NCBI GenBank assembly: GCA_019358915.1
Contig: JAHHIM010000036.1
Coordinates: 160,001-224,000 of the forward strand
Reading direction: 5' to 3'
Source of the DNA: Trichormus sp. ATA11-4-KO1
GTDB taxonomy: Bacteria; Cyanobacteriota; Cyanobacteriia; Cyanobacteriales; Nostocaceae
DNA: 64,000 bases
Both the position numbers and the translations under genes were made by a program. The notes below the pieces were generated by a model. The model made no database searches, was not told where the DNA came from, and worked only from the letters and a program-made list of their open reading frames with translations. Below, one piece after another: positions 30,425 to 41,318 of this stretch (its first letter is position 1; each line of letters opens with the position of its first letter).

Positions 30425-32221
30425 CTATTCTCTACTTCCCACTCCCAGTGAAGCAATTTGTTTGTAAACAGAAAGAGCCTGAGCTACACATTGATCCATG
30501 TTGTAATACTTATATGTCGCTAGCCGTCCTACAAAATGCACTCCTAGCATGGAATCTGCTAGCGCTTTATATTTCTGGTAAATTTCATTATTCTCAGGAC
30601 GGGGTACGGGGTAATAGGGGTCTCCCTCGGTTTGGGGAAACTCATAAACGATGCTAGTTTTGCTATGTTCCTGTCCAGTCAAATATTTGAATTCTGTGAC
30701 ACGGGTATATAAATGTTCATTGGGATAGTTAATGACTGGTGCTGGTTGAAACACAGGGGTGTTGTGGGTCTCATGCTGGAAATCGATTGACCGATAAGGT
30801 AGTTTGCCATAGCGATAATCAAAAAACTCATCAATCGGCCCGGTATAAACCATCTCACGACAAGGTATCACCTGCTCGATTTCTCGGTAATCGGTATTCA
30901 GCATCACCTTAATGTTGGGGTGGTTTAACATCTTCTCGAACATCCGAGTAAAGCCGTGCAATGGCATCGCTTGATAGGTATCAGTAAAATATCGATTGTC
31001 GCGGTTGGTACGAGTAGGCACTCTAGCGATGACTGATCTATCTAATTCTGAAGGGTCGAGTCCCCATTGTTTGCGAGTGTAGCCTTGGAAAAATTTCTTA
31101 TATAGTTCTTTACCAACTTTACTAATTACTACATCTTCTGATGTACGGATGTATTCTTTCGGTTCGGCAATAGACTTGAAGAACTCTTCCACCTCAAATG
31201 AATTGAGGTTCATGCCATAAAGTTTGTTAATGGTGTCAAGATTAATGGGGATAGGAACCAGTTGCCCATCAACACTAGTAAGAACACGATGTTCGTAAGG
31301 TCGCCATTGAGTGAAGCGGGAGAGGTATTCAAAGACTTCGCGGGAGTTGGTATGAAAAATGTGAGGGCCGTATTTGTGAATGAGAATGCCATGATCATCA
31401 TAGTGATCGTAAGCATTACCACCGATGTGATGACGTTTGTCCACAACTAGCACTCGCTTTCCAGACTGACTGGCCAAACGTTCAGCAATTACACTGCCAG
31501 AAAATCCCGCACCCACAATCAAGTAATCAAATATTAAATCTGTAGTAGCGGGTTCTGCTTTTTCATAAATTAGCATTGCACCATTGGAGTTGATTTTGTT
31601 TTCATCATGGCGGGCGGTCACTGCAAAGTCTATCAGCTTCATCATTGATAACCAAGTGCGATCGCAATCGACGCTACTAGGAAACGCATAGATGTTTGGG
31701 TGCTGATATTCTTTAATGGCGTGAGTACTTTGTTCCCCAATAAATACCAAGTCTGCAAGATGGAAAAGTTCTGTCTCGTATTCGGGGAATGCAGATGGTA
31801 CGCTTTTCATTGTGGGCAAATCATCTATGCAATCATACACAATTGCTTGAGGTTGCAAGTGGCGTGTAAAGGCGATCGCTTTTGATGTACAGTACCAGCA
31901 AATATACTTATAAATATTATTCTCAACAAACAAATCATTAATTAATGTTTGTAAATCTGCATTGATAGCCGCCTCACTCAAACCTTTTGGCAGATATGGC
32001 ACAACAACTATTACTCGACTCTTGTTTTGGCTGACAGCTAATCGCCCCAACTGTTCATCACTAAATATTACCTCCTCAATGAAAAATACTCGTCTTTCTG
32101 AAGCACAGCGACTTAAAATGTGTTGCAATCTGGGATGAACACAATTCCAAGGTAAGTTAGATAGGCATACTATGTCAGGTGTATCCGAGATAAAAGTAGT
32201 AAAACTACGAGTAATTGTCAT
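30425..32221 (-). CDS. glf: UDP-galactopyranose mutase fused to a truncated glycosyltransferase-like N-terminal domain
   Basis: IVGAGFSG, HKYGPHIFHT, PYYP and GRLATYKYYNMD motifs; N-terminal VYDCIDD GT-like segment. Confidence 0.92.
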   Translation of the reverse strand: MTITRSFTTFISDTPDIVCLSNLPWNCVHPRLQHILSRCASERRVFFIEEVIFSDEQLGRLAVSQNKSRVIVVVPYLPKGLSEAAINADLQTLINDLFVENNIYKYICWYCTSKAIAFTRHLQPQAIVYDCIDDLPTMKSVPSAFPEYETELFHLADLVFIGEQSTHAIKEYQHPNIYAFPSSVDCDRTWLSMMKLIDFAVTARHDENKINSNGAMLIYEKAEPATTDLIFDYLIVGAGFSGSVIAERLASQSGKRVLVVDKRHHIGGNAYDHYDDHGILIHKYGPHIFHTNSREVFEYLSRFTQWRPYEHRVLTSVDGQLVPIPINLDTINKLYGMNLNSFEVEEFFKSIAEPKEYIRTSEDVVISKVGKELYKKFFQGYTRKQWGLDPSELDRSVIARVPTRTNRDNRYFTDTYQAMPLHGFTRMFEKMLNHPNIKVMLNTDYREIEQVIPCREMVYTGPIDEFFDYRYGKLPYRSIDFQHETHNTPVFQPAPVINYPNEHLYTRVTEFKYLTGQEHSKTSIVYEFPQTEGDPYYPVPRPENNEIYQKYKALADSMLGVHFVGRLATYKYYNMDQCVAQALSVYKQIASLGVGSRE

Positions 32222-32337
32222 ATTTTCCTCAGCATACTTGGTATATTTTGAGTTATTTAAAAGTCTGTTAAACGCAGAGGAAAGCGAAGATAAGTGCAGA
32301 GGATAAGCAGAGATTTAAGGAAGACGATATGTCTTTA

Positions 32338-34221
32338 CTATGAGTATTTATGAATTTCTAAATATTTTTCCCAAAAATCTCTATTAGTCAGTTCTGGTAG
32401 AGTATCTCTATATTTTTGCTTTAGTTGAGGATATTTAACTAATATTTCCAAAGACAGAAAGATATTTTTACTCAAGATTTTGAAAAATTTACCTCTAGAA
32501 AAAGTAACAGCAAAGCCTTCCTGATTGACGAGATTATAATACAAAGCTTTTCTAGATCTAAAAACATTAATAGGTCTGTAATTTTGCATGGGAACAACTT
32601 TATATACTTGTTTAGTTAATCTATTGTCTTGATGAAAAAATATAGTAGGTAATAGATGGCCATTTAATATCATAAGTCTGAACCAACGATGAATTGTGTT
32701 TTCTGTTTCAACTAGACTTTCTTTATATTTGCCATATATAAAAGGTAATTCGTGATTTTTGACTGGCTTTTCCCCCATACGCATAATTTCTGAATTTTTC
32801 TCTTCAGGATCAAGTGCTTTCAAATATTCCGGGCCTTTGAGAAAATCAGCAACAGCCTGAAGAACTATATTTGCACTTTTATATCTATAACAAAATGCCT
32901 CTCTCATACTAAATTTAACAAAATACTTGATTGCATCTAGCTTGCTAAAATCATCATTAGTAATAACATTGAAAATTAATTCATTCTTTTTTAAGTAATA
33001 GTTCATCATCGGAGAATATTTATTTTCTAATGCTTCATGCCATACGCATACACCATTTAAAGTAATAATTTTATTATTCAATCTCCTGGGAAATTCCATA
33101 TCATCCATTTTGATAAAAAATGGATATGGTAACTTAGAATTATCTATAATTTGTGTGGGAAAACAAAAGAGCCACCAACCATTGTAAGTAATATATTCTT
33201 CTATTTCGTTGAATAAAATATTTTTTATATCTCTCAAATCCAGATCGGGTTTGAGTCGAATTACTTCTTTGTCCCAAATTGCTCCATTTTCATGCTGAAT
33301 ATACTGATCATCTAACTTCAGCATACTACCACCAAGACATATACTCTCGTCATTAGCCACAGTTTGAAAATTATAAATTCTCTCAAATACTTCTGGCGAT
33401 ATAATTACATCATCATCCATAAATATAATATGAGAAAAATCTGATTTGCGGTTTAAGACCTCAATTATTCCTCTAGTATATCCACCGCTACCACCCGCAT
33501 TTTTGTTACGGATTAAATGTATCCTTGAATTACATATATCCTTGAGAGTTCTACCGTTATCTATAACAAATACTTCAAACTTATCTGCTGTGCTTGGATG
33601 ATTTAGTAAAATTTTTTCTATTAAATTGATATTTTTATATATATAAGCTTCTCTTTTGTAAGTACATATGATAATTGCCATTTTTTTAGTTAATTCTTGG
33701 CGATTATTTATATTTGTCTGAAAATAACCACCTATAAATAAGCAGTTATTTTCTAAAGCCTCTATTTCTAGATAAAGTAATCCTTTATATAAGCTAATAT
33801 CTATATTCTTAAATATACTAACTTCTTCACAATCATTATTAGCAATTAGTTTTTGATCTACTAATCTTTTAAATTGTGTTGCATATTTTATATTTATTAA
33901 ACTTACCTTAAATTTTCCTTTTAAATATAGGTTAATCCCTATTGTTTTCACCTTGGTATATTGTTGCCATTTTTGAATTGAAAAAGAATTAAAATATGTA
34001 TCAAAGTGAATAATTCCCGATTTTTTAAGTTCAACAGTATTCCCTTCGTAATTGAGTACACATTTAGAATTCAATCTCAAGAAAAGTTCTTCTACAGTGC
34101 AAATATCTAAATTTGGTAAAATAATATTTTGCAGTTTAATAGTCGTTTGAGTATTGGTACTATTAAGTATGGGATTTACTAAAAGCTCTGACATTTTTTT
34201 ATCCTTGTTGTAAATATTCAA
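32338..34221 (-). CDS. GlfT2-like galactofuranosyltransferase (GT2)
   Basis: DTYFNSF, NAGGSGGY.RG, FMDDD, YNGWW and PFFIKMDDME motifs; very AT-rich; adjacent to glf. Confidence 0.82.
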   Translation of the reverse strand: MNIYNKDKKMSELLVNPILNSTNTQTTIKLQNIILPNLDICTVEELFLRLNSKCVLNYEGNTVELKKSGIIHFDTYFNSFSIQKWQQYTKVKTIGINLYLKGKFKVSLINIKYATQFKRLVDQKLIANNDCEEVSIFKNIDISLYKGLLYLEIEALENNCLFIGGYFQTNINNRQELTKKMAIIICTYKREAYIYKNINLIEKILLNHPSTADKFEVFVIDNGRTLKDICNSRIHLIRNKNAGGSGGYTRGIIEVLNRKSDFSHIIFMDDDVIISPEVFERIYNFQTVANDESICLGGSMLKLDDQYIQHENGAIWDKEVIRLKPDLDLRDIKNILFNEIEEYITYNGWWLFCFPTQIIDNSKLPYPFFIKMDDMEFPRRLNNKIITLNGVCVWHEALENKYSPMMNYYLKKNELIFNVITNDDFSKLDAIKYFVKFSMREAFCYRYKSANIVLQAVADFLKGPEYLKALDPEEKNSEIMRMGEKPVKNHELPFIYGKYKESLVETENTIHRWFRLMILNGHLLPTIFFHQDNRLTKQVYKVVPMQNYRPINVFRSRKALYYNLVNQEGFAVTFSRGKFFKILSKNIFLSLEILVKYPQLKQKYRDTLPELTNRDFWEKYLEIHKYS

Positions 34222-34229
34222 CTACAATT

Positions 34230-34991
34230 TTAGAGAGAAGTACTAAAAGTATCAGTAGTCATTGTAGTTTTTAGATACTCTTTAACAACTTTTTTGGCAT
34301 TACCAATTAGTTTAATTTTTCCTTTATCCAACCAAATTACCCTCTCACATGAGTTTTGAATAAACTCCAAATCATGAGAAACTACTAAAACTGTCGCGTC
34401 AGCAGTCCAAAACTTTTCAATTCGTTGCTTACACTTATTTCTAAAACTCTCATCTCCTACCGAAAGTACTTCATCTAAAATCAAAATATCTGGTTGTACA
34501 TCAGTGGCGATCGCAAAGCCTAATCGTGCTACCATACCAGATGATAAAACTTTTACTGGGACTAAAGAATAATCCTGTAATTGAGAAAATTCTAGAATTG
34601 ATGGCACTCTGGCAATCATTTGTTGGCGCGAAAACCCCAACATGACTCCATAAAAGATAATGTTATCAATCACTGAAATTTCAGTATCAAAACCAGCACC
34701 TAATTCAATCAATGGGGCAATTTCTCCTCCTACTCGCACTACTCCTGATGTAGGTTGTAAAATCCCACAAATTACTTTCAAAAGTGTAGATTTACCTGAC
34801 CCATTCGCGCCAATAATACCAATTTTTTTACCTGCTTCCACCTGTAAATTAATTTCATCCAATACTAACTTTCTCGTAGGTTGACGATACCTCCCTTCTA
34901 AAAAAGACAATATTGTTTTCTTCAAGTCATAAGAAAACTCTTCTTGTGTTCGTCTCCATAAAGAAACTTGATCTAGGCGTATTATTTCCAT
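34230..34991 (-). CDS. wzt: Polysaccharide ABC transporter ATP-binding protein (Wzt-like)
   Basis: GANGSGKST, SSGMVARLGF and ILDEVLSVGD motifs. Confidence 0.92.
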   Translation of the reverse strand: MEIIRLDQVSLWRRTQEEFSYDLKKTILSFLEGRYRQPTRKLVLDEINLQVEAGKKIGIIGANGSGKSTLLKVICGILQPTSGVVRVGGEIAPLIELGAGFDTEISVIDNIIFYGVMLGFSRQQMIARVPSILEFSQLQDYSLVPVKVLSSGMVARLGFAIATDVQPDILILDEVLSVGDESFRNKCKQRIEKFWTADATVLVVSHDLEFIQNSCERVIWLDKGKIKLIGNAKKVVKEYLKTTMTTDTFSTSL

Positions 34992-35831
34992 TTACAACAA
35001 ATCCATAAATGAATTTCGCCACCAACGAAAACAACTTAATCCTAGTCCCAAAAAAATTACCCCACTTAAAAGTGCATGTGCGATTAAATTAATATCTGGT
35101 GGTGTTCCTGATAATGAAATCTGGCGAATACTTTCAATTACTGGTAGTAATGGATTTAATAATAAAAATGACTTCACCGATTCTGGAACAATTGCTGCTG
35201 GGTAAAAGATAGGACTACTCAACCACAGCATAAATACAATTAATTCATAGAAGTAAGGTAAATCCCTAAAAAATACAAATAAAGCACTTACTAACAGACT
35301 AATACCACTACATACTAAAATTAAACCAATTAAAGGAAATAAAAGTGCTAACACATTGACGAAGCTTCTAGAGTTAATCAGCGTCATAATTGCCAGTAAT
35401 GGCAAAACACCAATTACAAACTGAAATATATTTGCTGCAATTAATGAAATAGGAAAAATACTCACAGGTAAGCAAATTTTATTTAACAAACCACCATTAT
35501 TAACTACACTCCATAAGGCTTGTGTTGTTGATGCTGAAAAGAAATTAATTACTACTAATCCCGTAAATACTGCCAACACATAGTTAACAATCGAATTGTC
35601 ATAATATGCTGCAAATGCAGTCCCAAATATTGCAGTATACACTCCCGTCATTAGTAACGGATTGATCAGTGACCAATACACTCCCAAAAAAGAACCTCGG
35701 TAACGTACCTTTAAATTTCGGGATACCAAAACTTGTAGTAATTCCCAGTAATGCTGTAGTTTTGAATTTTGTAAATCGACTTTTAATGATAGGAGCATAT
35801 TGAAGTATCCGCTAACAAATCTATTAAACAT
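34992..35831 (-). CDS. wzm: Polysaccharide ABC transporter permease (Wzm-like)
   Basis: RNLKVRYRGSFLG..W, FFRDL and PIFYP motifs. Confidence 0.92.
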   Translation of the reverse strand: MFNRFVSGYFNMLLSLKVDLQNSKLQHYWELLQVLVSRNLKVRYRGSFLGVYWSLINPLLMTGVYTAIFGTAFAAYYDNSIVNYVLAVFTGLVVINFFSASTTQALWSVVNNGGLLNKICLPVSIFPISLIAANIFQFVIGVLPLLAIMTLINSRSFVNVLALLFPLIGLILVCSGISLLVSALFVFFRDLPYFYELIVFMLWLSSPIFYPAAIVPESVKSFLLLNPLLPVIESIRQISLSGTPPDINLIAHALLSGVIFLGLGLSCFRWWRNSFMDLL

Positions 35832-38166
35832 TGGCTTTATGATTATTTAAACCACTTTGCCAACCAACGCGAATTCCATCAAAAGCTTGTTGAATATAAT
35901 TGATTAAAGTTGAATTAGGAAGACTATGGGTAAATTTAAGGCGGATAATTCTCAACAAACAGCGATAAATGAGTAATGATGTTAAACGAGCAACTAAAAT
36001 AGGAAAGAAAACTTTCTTAAATCCATGTTTTACAGCAAAATAAGTTGTATTCTTTGCCAAAGAATACCAGCAAGTAAGATGTTTCTGATCAATACGATTG
36101 TGACTAGGTTGAGGATAATGATCTACAGATACATCAGCATAGTGAACTTCATATCCTGCCTGAATTAAACGTAAACAAACATCTGTTTCATCAAGATAGT
36201 AATCAAAAAATTCATCGTAGCCGTTGATTTTTTCTAGTATGTCTTTACGGAAAGATGAATTAGTACCCATTAAACCGTTAAACCAAAAGCCATTTGCTTG
36301 GTTATAATTCGCAGCATCATCAGCACGAATAGCAATGGTTTCGCTGAAAATATTGGTAATTCCCCGATGAAATTGTAAGGGATAACCAGGACGAGTTAAG
36401 TCTCTCACTGCGCCGCCAACTGCTGCACATTTTTCTCCACGTTGTGAATAAATGTGTAGCAATTGTTCTATCCATTCAGATGGCGGAACTGCATCATCAT
36501 CAAAAAAAGCCACAATTGAACCTGTAGCTAATTTGATTCCCATATTACGGGAATAACTAATATTTTTAGGCTCAACCTTGAGAAAATTGAGTTTAAAGCT
36601 GTATTTTTTAGATGCCTTACTGACTATTTCACTTGTCTCCATTGTTGATGAAGCATCGATAATAATTACTTCAAAGTTTTGGTAATTAATTAGTGCAATT
36701 GATTGCAGCGCCTTTTCCAGAAAAATCGGGCGATCGCTTGTACAAATTATGATGGAAACTAAAGGATTTAATGAAGTAGATATTGTTTTTGGCATTTGTG
36801 ATAACTTAATTTTGTGAATTTGCCAATATATCTGCCACATCTGATTGATAGTCTTGAGAACTGACTGAATCAGAACTAAAAAATTCAGAGAAACAGGCAC
36901 GTAGCCATTACCTGTAAAGTAGTAAACTTGTTTTGCTAAATTGAGAGCATAAAGTTCAGGTTTTTCACAAGTAACGAGGGCAATATCAACTGGTTTCTTA
37001 AACCAAGCAACTAACCAGAACCACAGACGACTTGTTAATTTATCAGGGAGATACCAGGGAGTTAGTTTTTGCTCTAACTCCATCTTTTTTAAAACCTGAC
37101 TTTGTGAATCATCTTGATAGATAGTAGATTGCACCAAAACTTTGGCTTGTTTATTAATAATTTCTGCTAAAGATAATTCAGTATAATTAAGATTTCCAGG
37201 CATTTTGCCTTGAATACCATTAATGAAATCTTGAAAACCTGCAATAGAAATTTCTGCGAGAAAGTGTCGCCCTGTAGCTGCGTAATAAACTAGTCGAGGT
37301 AAACTTACAATTACCCTTTTTAATAACAGGTTTGGTCGGTGTTTTTGCCAACAGTAACAAAGATTCCGCTCATCGTAATAATTAATCCAGGGGCGGCATT
37401 TAAAGTCAGGCGAATCATGCCAAATAATTGAATGGGGATTAACAGCAACAATCCAACCAGCCTGTTTGGCTCGTAAGCACCACTCTACATCATCAAAGTG
37501 GAGAAAATAATTTTCAAATAAGCCAATTTGTTGCACAACTTGCCGACGAATTAATAGTGATGCAGCTGCACAAACATCTACACTAACGTAAGATTTACCT
37601 TGTAAAATATCTTCATTGCCAATATTACTTTGGTTGGCAAAATTTATTTTTAAATGTGCTTTGGCATCATTGATAAAGCTACCAATTTCTTGAATAGTAT
37701 GAGGTTCCTTGAGCTTGCGAATTTGAGAACCTACTAAGCCAACTTCATCATGATTTTGTAAAGTTTTAATTAGTGAACTGAGAGCTAGAGGATCTAGATG
37801 TACATCATCATCAAGTAGCCAGATGTAATCGTATTCAAGTTGACTAACAACCTGTAAGCCATAGGAAAAACCGCCAGAACCACCTAAATTACTACCTGTT
37901 TGCAGAACCTTGACATTGGCAAAAGAAAATTTTTCTAAATAAGCTTGAGTACCATCATCAGAAGCATTATCTACAACATAAATATCAATTTTGGTCTGAT
38001 ATAGCTTCAGTTTGCAAATATCTTCCAGTAATGAGCAAATATAGTTTAATTTATTATGAGTAACAATTAAAATAGCAACTTTTATGTTACTCACATAAGA
38101 AATGTGGGTTATTGCCTGTGGTTGAGCTAAAAATCCCAAAAAGTAATTTTTCACTTTTGCCAACAC
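35824..38166 (-). CDS. Two-domain GT2 glycosyltransferase
   Basis: Two GT-A modules (VDNASDD/LLDDD/FDDVEW and IIDASS/FFDDD/LDETD). Confidence 0.9.
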   Translation of the reverse strand: MLAKVKNYFLGFLAQPQAITHISYVSNIKVAILIVTHNKLNYICSLLEDICKLKLYQTKIDIYVVDNASDDGTQAYLEKFSFANVKVLQTGSNLGGSGGFSYGLQVVSQLEYDYIWLLDDDVHLDPLALSSLIKTLQNHDEVGLVGSQIRKLKEPHTIQEIGSFINDAKAHLKINFANQSNIGNEDILQGKSYVSVDVCAAASLLIRRQVVQQIGLFENYFLHFDDVEWCLRAKQAGWIVAVNPHSIIWHDSPDFKCRPWINYYDERNLCYCWQKHRPNLLLKRVIVSLPRLVYYAATGRHFLAEISIAGFQDFINGIQGKMPGNLNYTELSLAEIINKQAKVLVQSTIYQDDSQSQVLKKMELEQKLTPWYLPDKLTSRLWFWLVAWFKKPVDIALVTCEKPELYALNLAKQVYYFTGNGYVPVSLNFLVLIQSVLKTINQMWQIYWQIHKIKLSQMPKTISTSLNPLVSIIICTSDRPIFLEKALQSIALINYQNFEVIIIDASSTMETSEIVSKASKKYSFKLNFLKVEPKNISYSRNMGIKLATGSIVAFFDDDAVPPSEWIEQLLHIYSQRGEKCAAVGGAVRDLTRPGYPLQFHRGITNIFSETIAIRADDAANYNQANGFWFNGLMGTNSSFRKDILEKINGYDEFFDYYLDETDVCLRLIQAGYEVHYADVSVDHYPQPSHNRIDQKHLTCWYSLAKNTTYFAVKHGFKKVFFPILVARLTSLLIYRCLLRIIRLKFTHSLPNSTLINYIQQAFDGIRVGWQSGLNNHKANV

Positions 38167-38445
38167 CCAAAATACTTATTTGACTCAAGCTGATTTTTCA
38201 TAGATATCATGAACTCAAAAGATGCATTATTTAAATGCATAATCAAGTCACATAGTTCAAGAATTTAACTTGTTAAAAGTTTGAACTCGTCTGTCTAAAG
38301 AATGATCAGTTGGAATCAAATAAGGTTATCAGGGTAAATTAGGCTACATCTGATAAACTTTGGGTGGATTATTTTAAGATATATTTACTGTCAAATTGCC
38401 TATAATACAAGCACTTTAGCCATATTTCTGGTTGATTTACATCAA

Positions 38446-40566
38446 TTATTGAATGAGACTAACAATGGCTGCCACTAATTCTTCTGGATTAAAAGGCTTA
38501 GATAAATGTATCTGAAATCCTGCTGCTAATGCTTTTTTTTGGTCATTGTTTCCGGCAAAAGCAGTCAAGGCGATCGCGGGAATTTGTCCACCTTCTTCTG
38601 CCGTCCAACTTCTCAATTGACTAATCAGCATATAGCCGTCCATATTAGGCATACTAATATCACTCACCAATACATCTGGCTTTACCTGTTTGAGAGTTTG
38701 TAAGGCTGCAAATGCTGAAGATACTGCCATCACCTCACATCCTTCTTGTTCTAATACAAAAGCCACAAATTCTCGCGAATCAGCATCGTCATCCACAACT
38801 AAAACTTGCACTCCAGTCAGGGATAAAGATTGGGTAGCTAACAATGAAGCATGATTTTGTGCATTAGTCTTACTTAAACTCTCATTTTGGCTTAGTGGTA
38901 ACTGGACAGTAAATGTTGCTCCTTGATCTTCTCCAGCGCTTTCCGCTTTTACAGTACCACCATGCATTTCCACAATATTACGGACAATTGCCAGTCCCAA
39001 TCCTAATCCACCAAATGTTCTCGTAGAACTGCTATCTGCTTGCCGAAAGTAATCAAACACATAGGGCAAAAACTCGGCGCTAATTCCTTTACCTGTATCG
39101 CTAACCACGATTTGAGCATAGCCATCAGCCTGCTTGACTCGTACTTCTATCTTTCCTCTGTTAGGGGTAAACTTGACAGCATTGGAAAGGAGATTCCAAA
39201 CGACTTGCTGCAAGCGCGCAGAATCACCCATAACCTGCCCGACATGCGGTTCAAATATGGGAATAATTTGCATCGACTTGGCTTCTGCCGCTAACCGCAT
39301 TGTCTCTAGTGCAGGTAAGACTACAGATTCTAAGTTGATACTAGTGGTTTTTAGCGCTAGCTTGCCCTGTAAAATTTTTGATATGTCCAGCAAGTCCTCA
39401 ATCAGTTGAACTTGTAAAGTAGCATTACGCTCAATTGTTGCCAGTGCTTGAGTTGTCTTATCTTGGTCAAACTGGCGGCTTTGCAACAACTTAGACCAGC
39501 CCAAAATTGCGTTCAATGGAGTGCGTAACTCATGGGAAAGTACGGCCAGAAATTGATCTTTAATGCGATTAGCTGTTTCTGCTTTAGCTCGTGCTGCTGT
39601 TTCTAATTCCAGTAGTTGCGCTCGTTCTTGTAATATTTGTTTTTGTTCGTGGATATCCGTACAAGTGCCAAACCATTTAACTACACGATTTTGCTCATCT
39701 TTGAGCGGTAAACCCCGTGCTAGTTGCCAGCGATAGGAACCATCAACAGCACGTTTGAAGCGATATTCAATTTCGTATTCAGTACCGCTTTTTACAGCAT
39801 TTGACCACGCTGCAAAAGCTCTTGGTACATCCTCTGGATGTAATGCGGCTAACCAACCAGAACCCAAAGACTGCTCTAATGTTAGCCCGGTATAATCACA
39901 CCAATTTTGATTAAAATAATCACATTCACCATCGGCATTAGTTGTCCAAACCAGTTGAGGAATGGCTTCAGCTAAGTAACGGTAGCGCTCTTCACTTTGT
40001 CTGAGAATTTCTAAAATGCGCTGGCGCTCAGCAACTTCTTGTTGTAATTGCTCGTTGGTTTTAGTAATTTCATGAGTACGAACAGTAACCAATTCCTCCA
40101 GATGATTTTGATATTGTCTCAGTTCTGCTTCTATCCGTAGCCGCTCAGTTATTTGTGTTTGCAGTTCTTGATTTGCTTGTTCTAGTTGAGCAGGACTGGG
40201 AAGTGCCAGTGCTTTTGGAACTAAAGGCAGAAGTGCCACTGCTGTAATCAAAGATATTGTTGCAGTTCCCGCTTTGACTAATCCCGACAGCCAATAGGTG
40301 GGATGCCAAAGTGTCCAAATTGCCATTAAGTGAGTAGTGCCGCAAGCTACGATAAATGCACTAAACAGCAGAAAAATCCAATAAAAAGGTAAATCTTGCC
40401 GCTTGCGGACAAAATAGAACAGTGTAGCGGGAATGGAGTAATAAGCTATTGCAATTAGTGCATCAGATAGTAAGTGTAGCCAAACTAACTTTGTTTGCCA
40501 TAGATAGCAGTGTCCGTGGGGTATAAATGACCCTGAGCTAAATAGATTAATCCATAATTGTGACAT
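38446..40566 (-). CDS. Hybrid histidine kinase with ETR1-like ethylene-binding domain, PAS, HisKA, HATPase and receiver
   Basis: SDALIAIAYYSIP..LFYF and F.AFIVACGTTH motifs; LSHELRTPL; receiver SDISMP. Confidence 0.9.
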   Translation of the reverse strand: MSQLWINLFSSGSFIPHGHCYLWQTKLVWLHLLSDALIAIAYYSIPATLFYFVRKRQDLPFYWIFLLFSAFIVACGTTHLMAIWTLWHPTYWLSGLVKAGTATISLITAVALLPLVPKALALPSPAQLEQANQELQTQITERLRIEAELRQYQNHLEELVTVRTHEITKTNEQLQQEVAERQRILEILRQSEERYRYLAEAIPQLVWTTNADGECDYFNQNWCDYTGLTLEQSLGSGWLAALHPEDVPRAFAAWSNAVKSGTEYEIEYRFKRAVDGSYRWQLARGLPLKDEQNRVVKWFGTCTDIHEQKQILQERAQLLELETAARAKAETANRIKDQFLAVLSHELRTPLNAILGWSKLLQSRQFDQDKTTQALATIERNATLQVQLIEDLLDISKILQGKLALKTTSINLESVVLPALETMRLAAEAKSMQIIPIFEPHVGQVMGDSARLQQVVWNLLSNAVKFTPNRGKIEVRVKQADGYAQIVVSDTGKGISAEFLPYVFDYFRQADSSSTRTFGGLGLGLAIVRNIVEMHGGTVKAESAGEDQGATFTVQLPLSQNESLSKTNAQNHASLLATQSLSLTGVQVLVVDDDADSREFVAFVLEQEGCEVMAVSSAFAALQTLKQVKPDVLVSDISMPNMDGYMLISQLRSWTAEEGGQIPAIALTAFAGNNDQKKALAAGFQIHLSKPFNPEELVAAIVSLIQ

Positions 40567-40628
40567 AGGCACTCTCAGAAGGAGCAGGGGAAGCAAGGGG
40601 AGGTAGGAGAGGCGAGAGGATTATTCAG

Positions 40629-40861
40629 TAAGTCGGCGAGAAAAAATCAAACTATGTGTTTTGCAATGTAAAATAATTGAAATTCAGTTCGTGGTCAGGG
40701 CTACCCTACGGGTTCTGCGAAGCAGTACAGCCCTTATTTGAGGACTTTAGTCCTCTCTTCTCTACGAGAGGCTGCGCCAACGAGACGCTGCGCGGTAAGC
40801 GCAGCTATGCCCGTCAGGGCTTGACACTACAAACTTTTAATTATTTACGCCGTCCTACTTA
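40629..40861. mobile_element. MITE-like element with nested small hairpin repeats
   Basis: Imperfect terminal inverted repeats TAAGTCGGCG... / ...CGCCGTCCTACTTA; contains GTAAGCGCAGCTATGCCCGTCAGGGCTTGAC, shared with ~54230-54260. Confidence 0.55.
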
Positions 40862-41102
40862 AATTAAATTAAACTTGACTACCCCAATATTAAATAAATA
40901 TATATACCTATAATCAATTGAAAATAGGCGCAATTCTCAGGATATTTCAGAATTACGCCGATTTTTGTGAAAATCTAAACATAAACGCACTATTCGGCGC
41001 ACCCCCAATTGCAATCAACCGGATGAGATTTTACATCCTTTACCAATCTTTACTGAGAATGCTAATGGCAATTCAGTTTGACTATTTTGATTTGTGAATT
41101 GC

Positions 41103-41318
41103 TTAAGCTCTCGTTGGTTTCAAAAATAACCAGGCGACAAAGAATGTCGCGGCTGTAAATAGTTGCGTCAAATCCAAAGCAGATAGATAGCCATCTGCAA
41201 ATGAAGCAATACTGCGATCGGTGATGCCAAATACCCAAGACGAGAGGCCAAACAGCCAAATTCCATTCTTGAGATTACCGACAAATTCCTGAGAGTCTGA
41301 TGATTGCTGCTTTTTCAT
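41103..41318 (-). CDS. Small membrane hypothetical protein
   Basis: NGIWLFGLSSWVFGITDRSIA, two hydrophobic segments. Confidence 0.75.
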   Translation of the reverse strand: MKKQQSSDSQEFVGNLKNGIWLFGLSSWVFGITDRSIASFADGYLSALDLTQLFTAATFFVAWLFLKPTRA

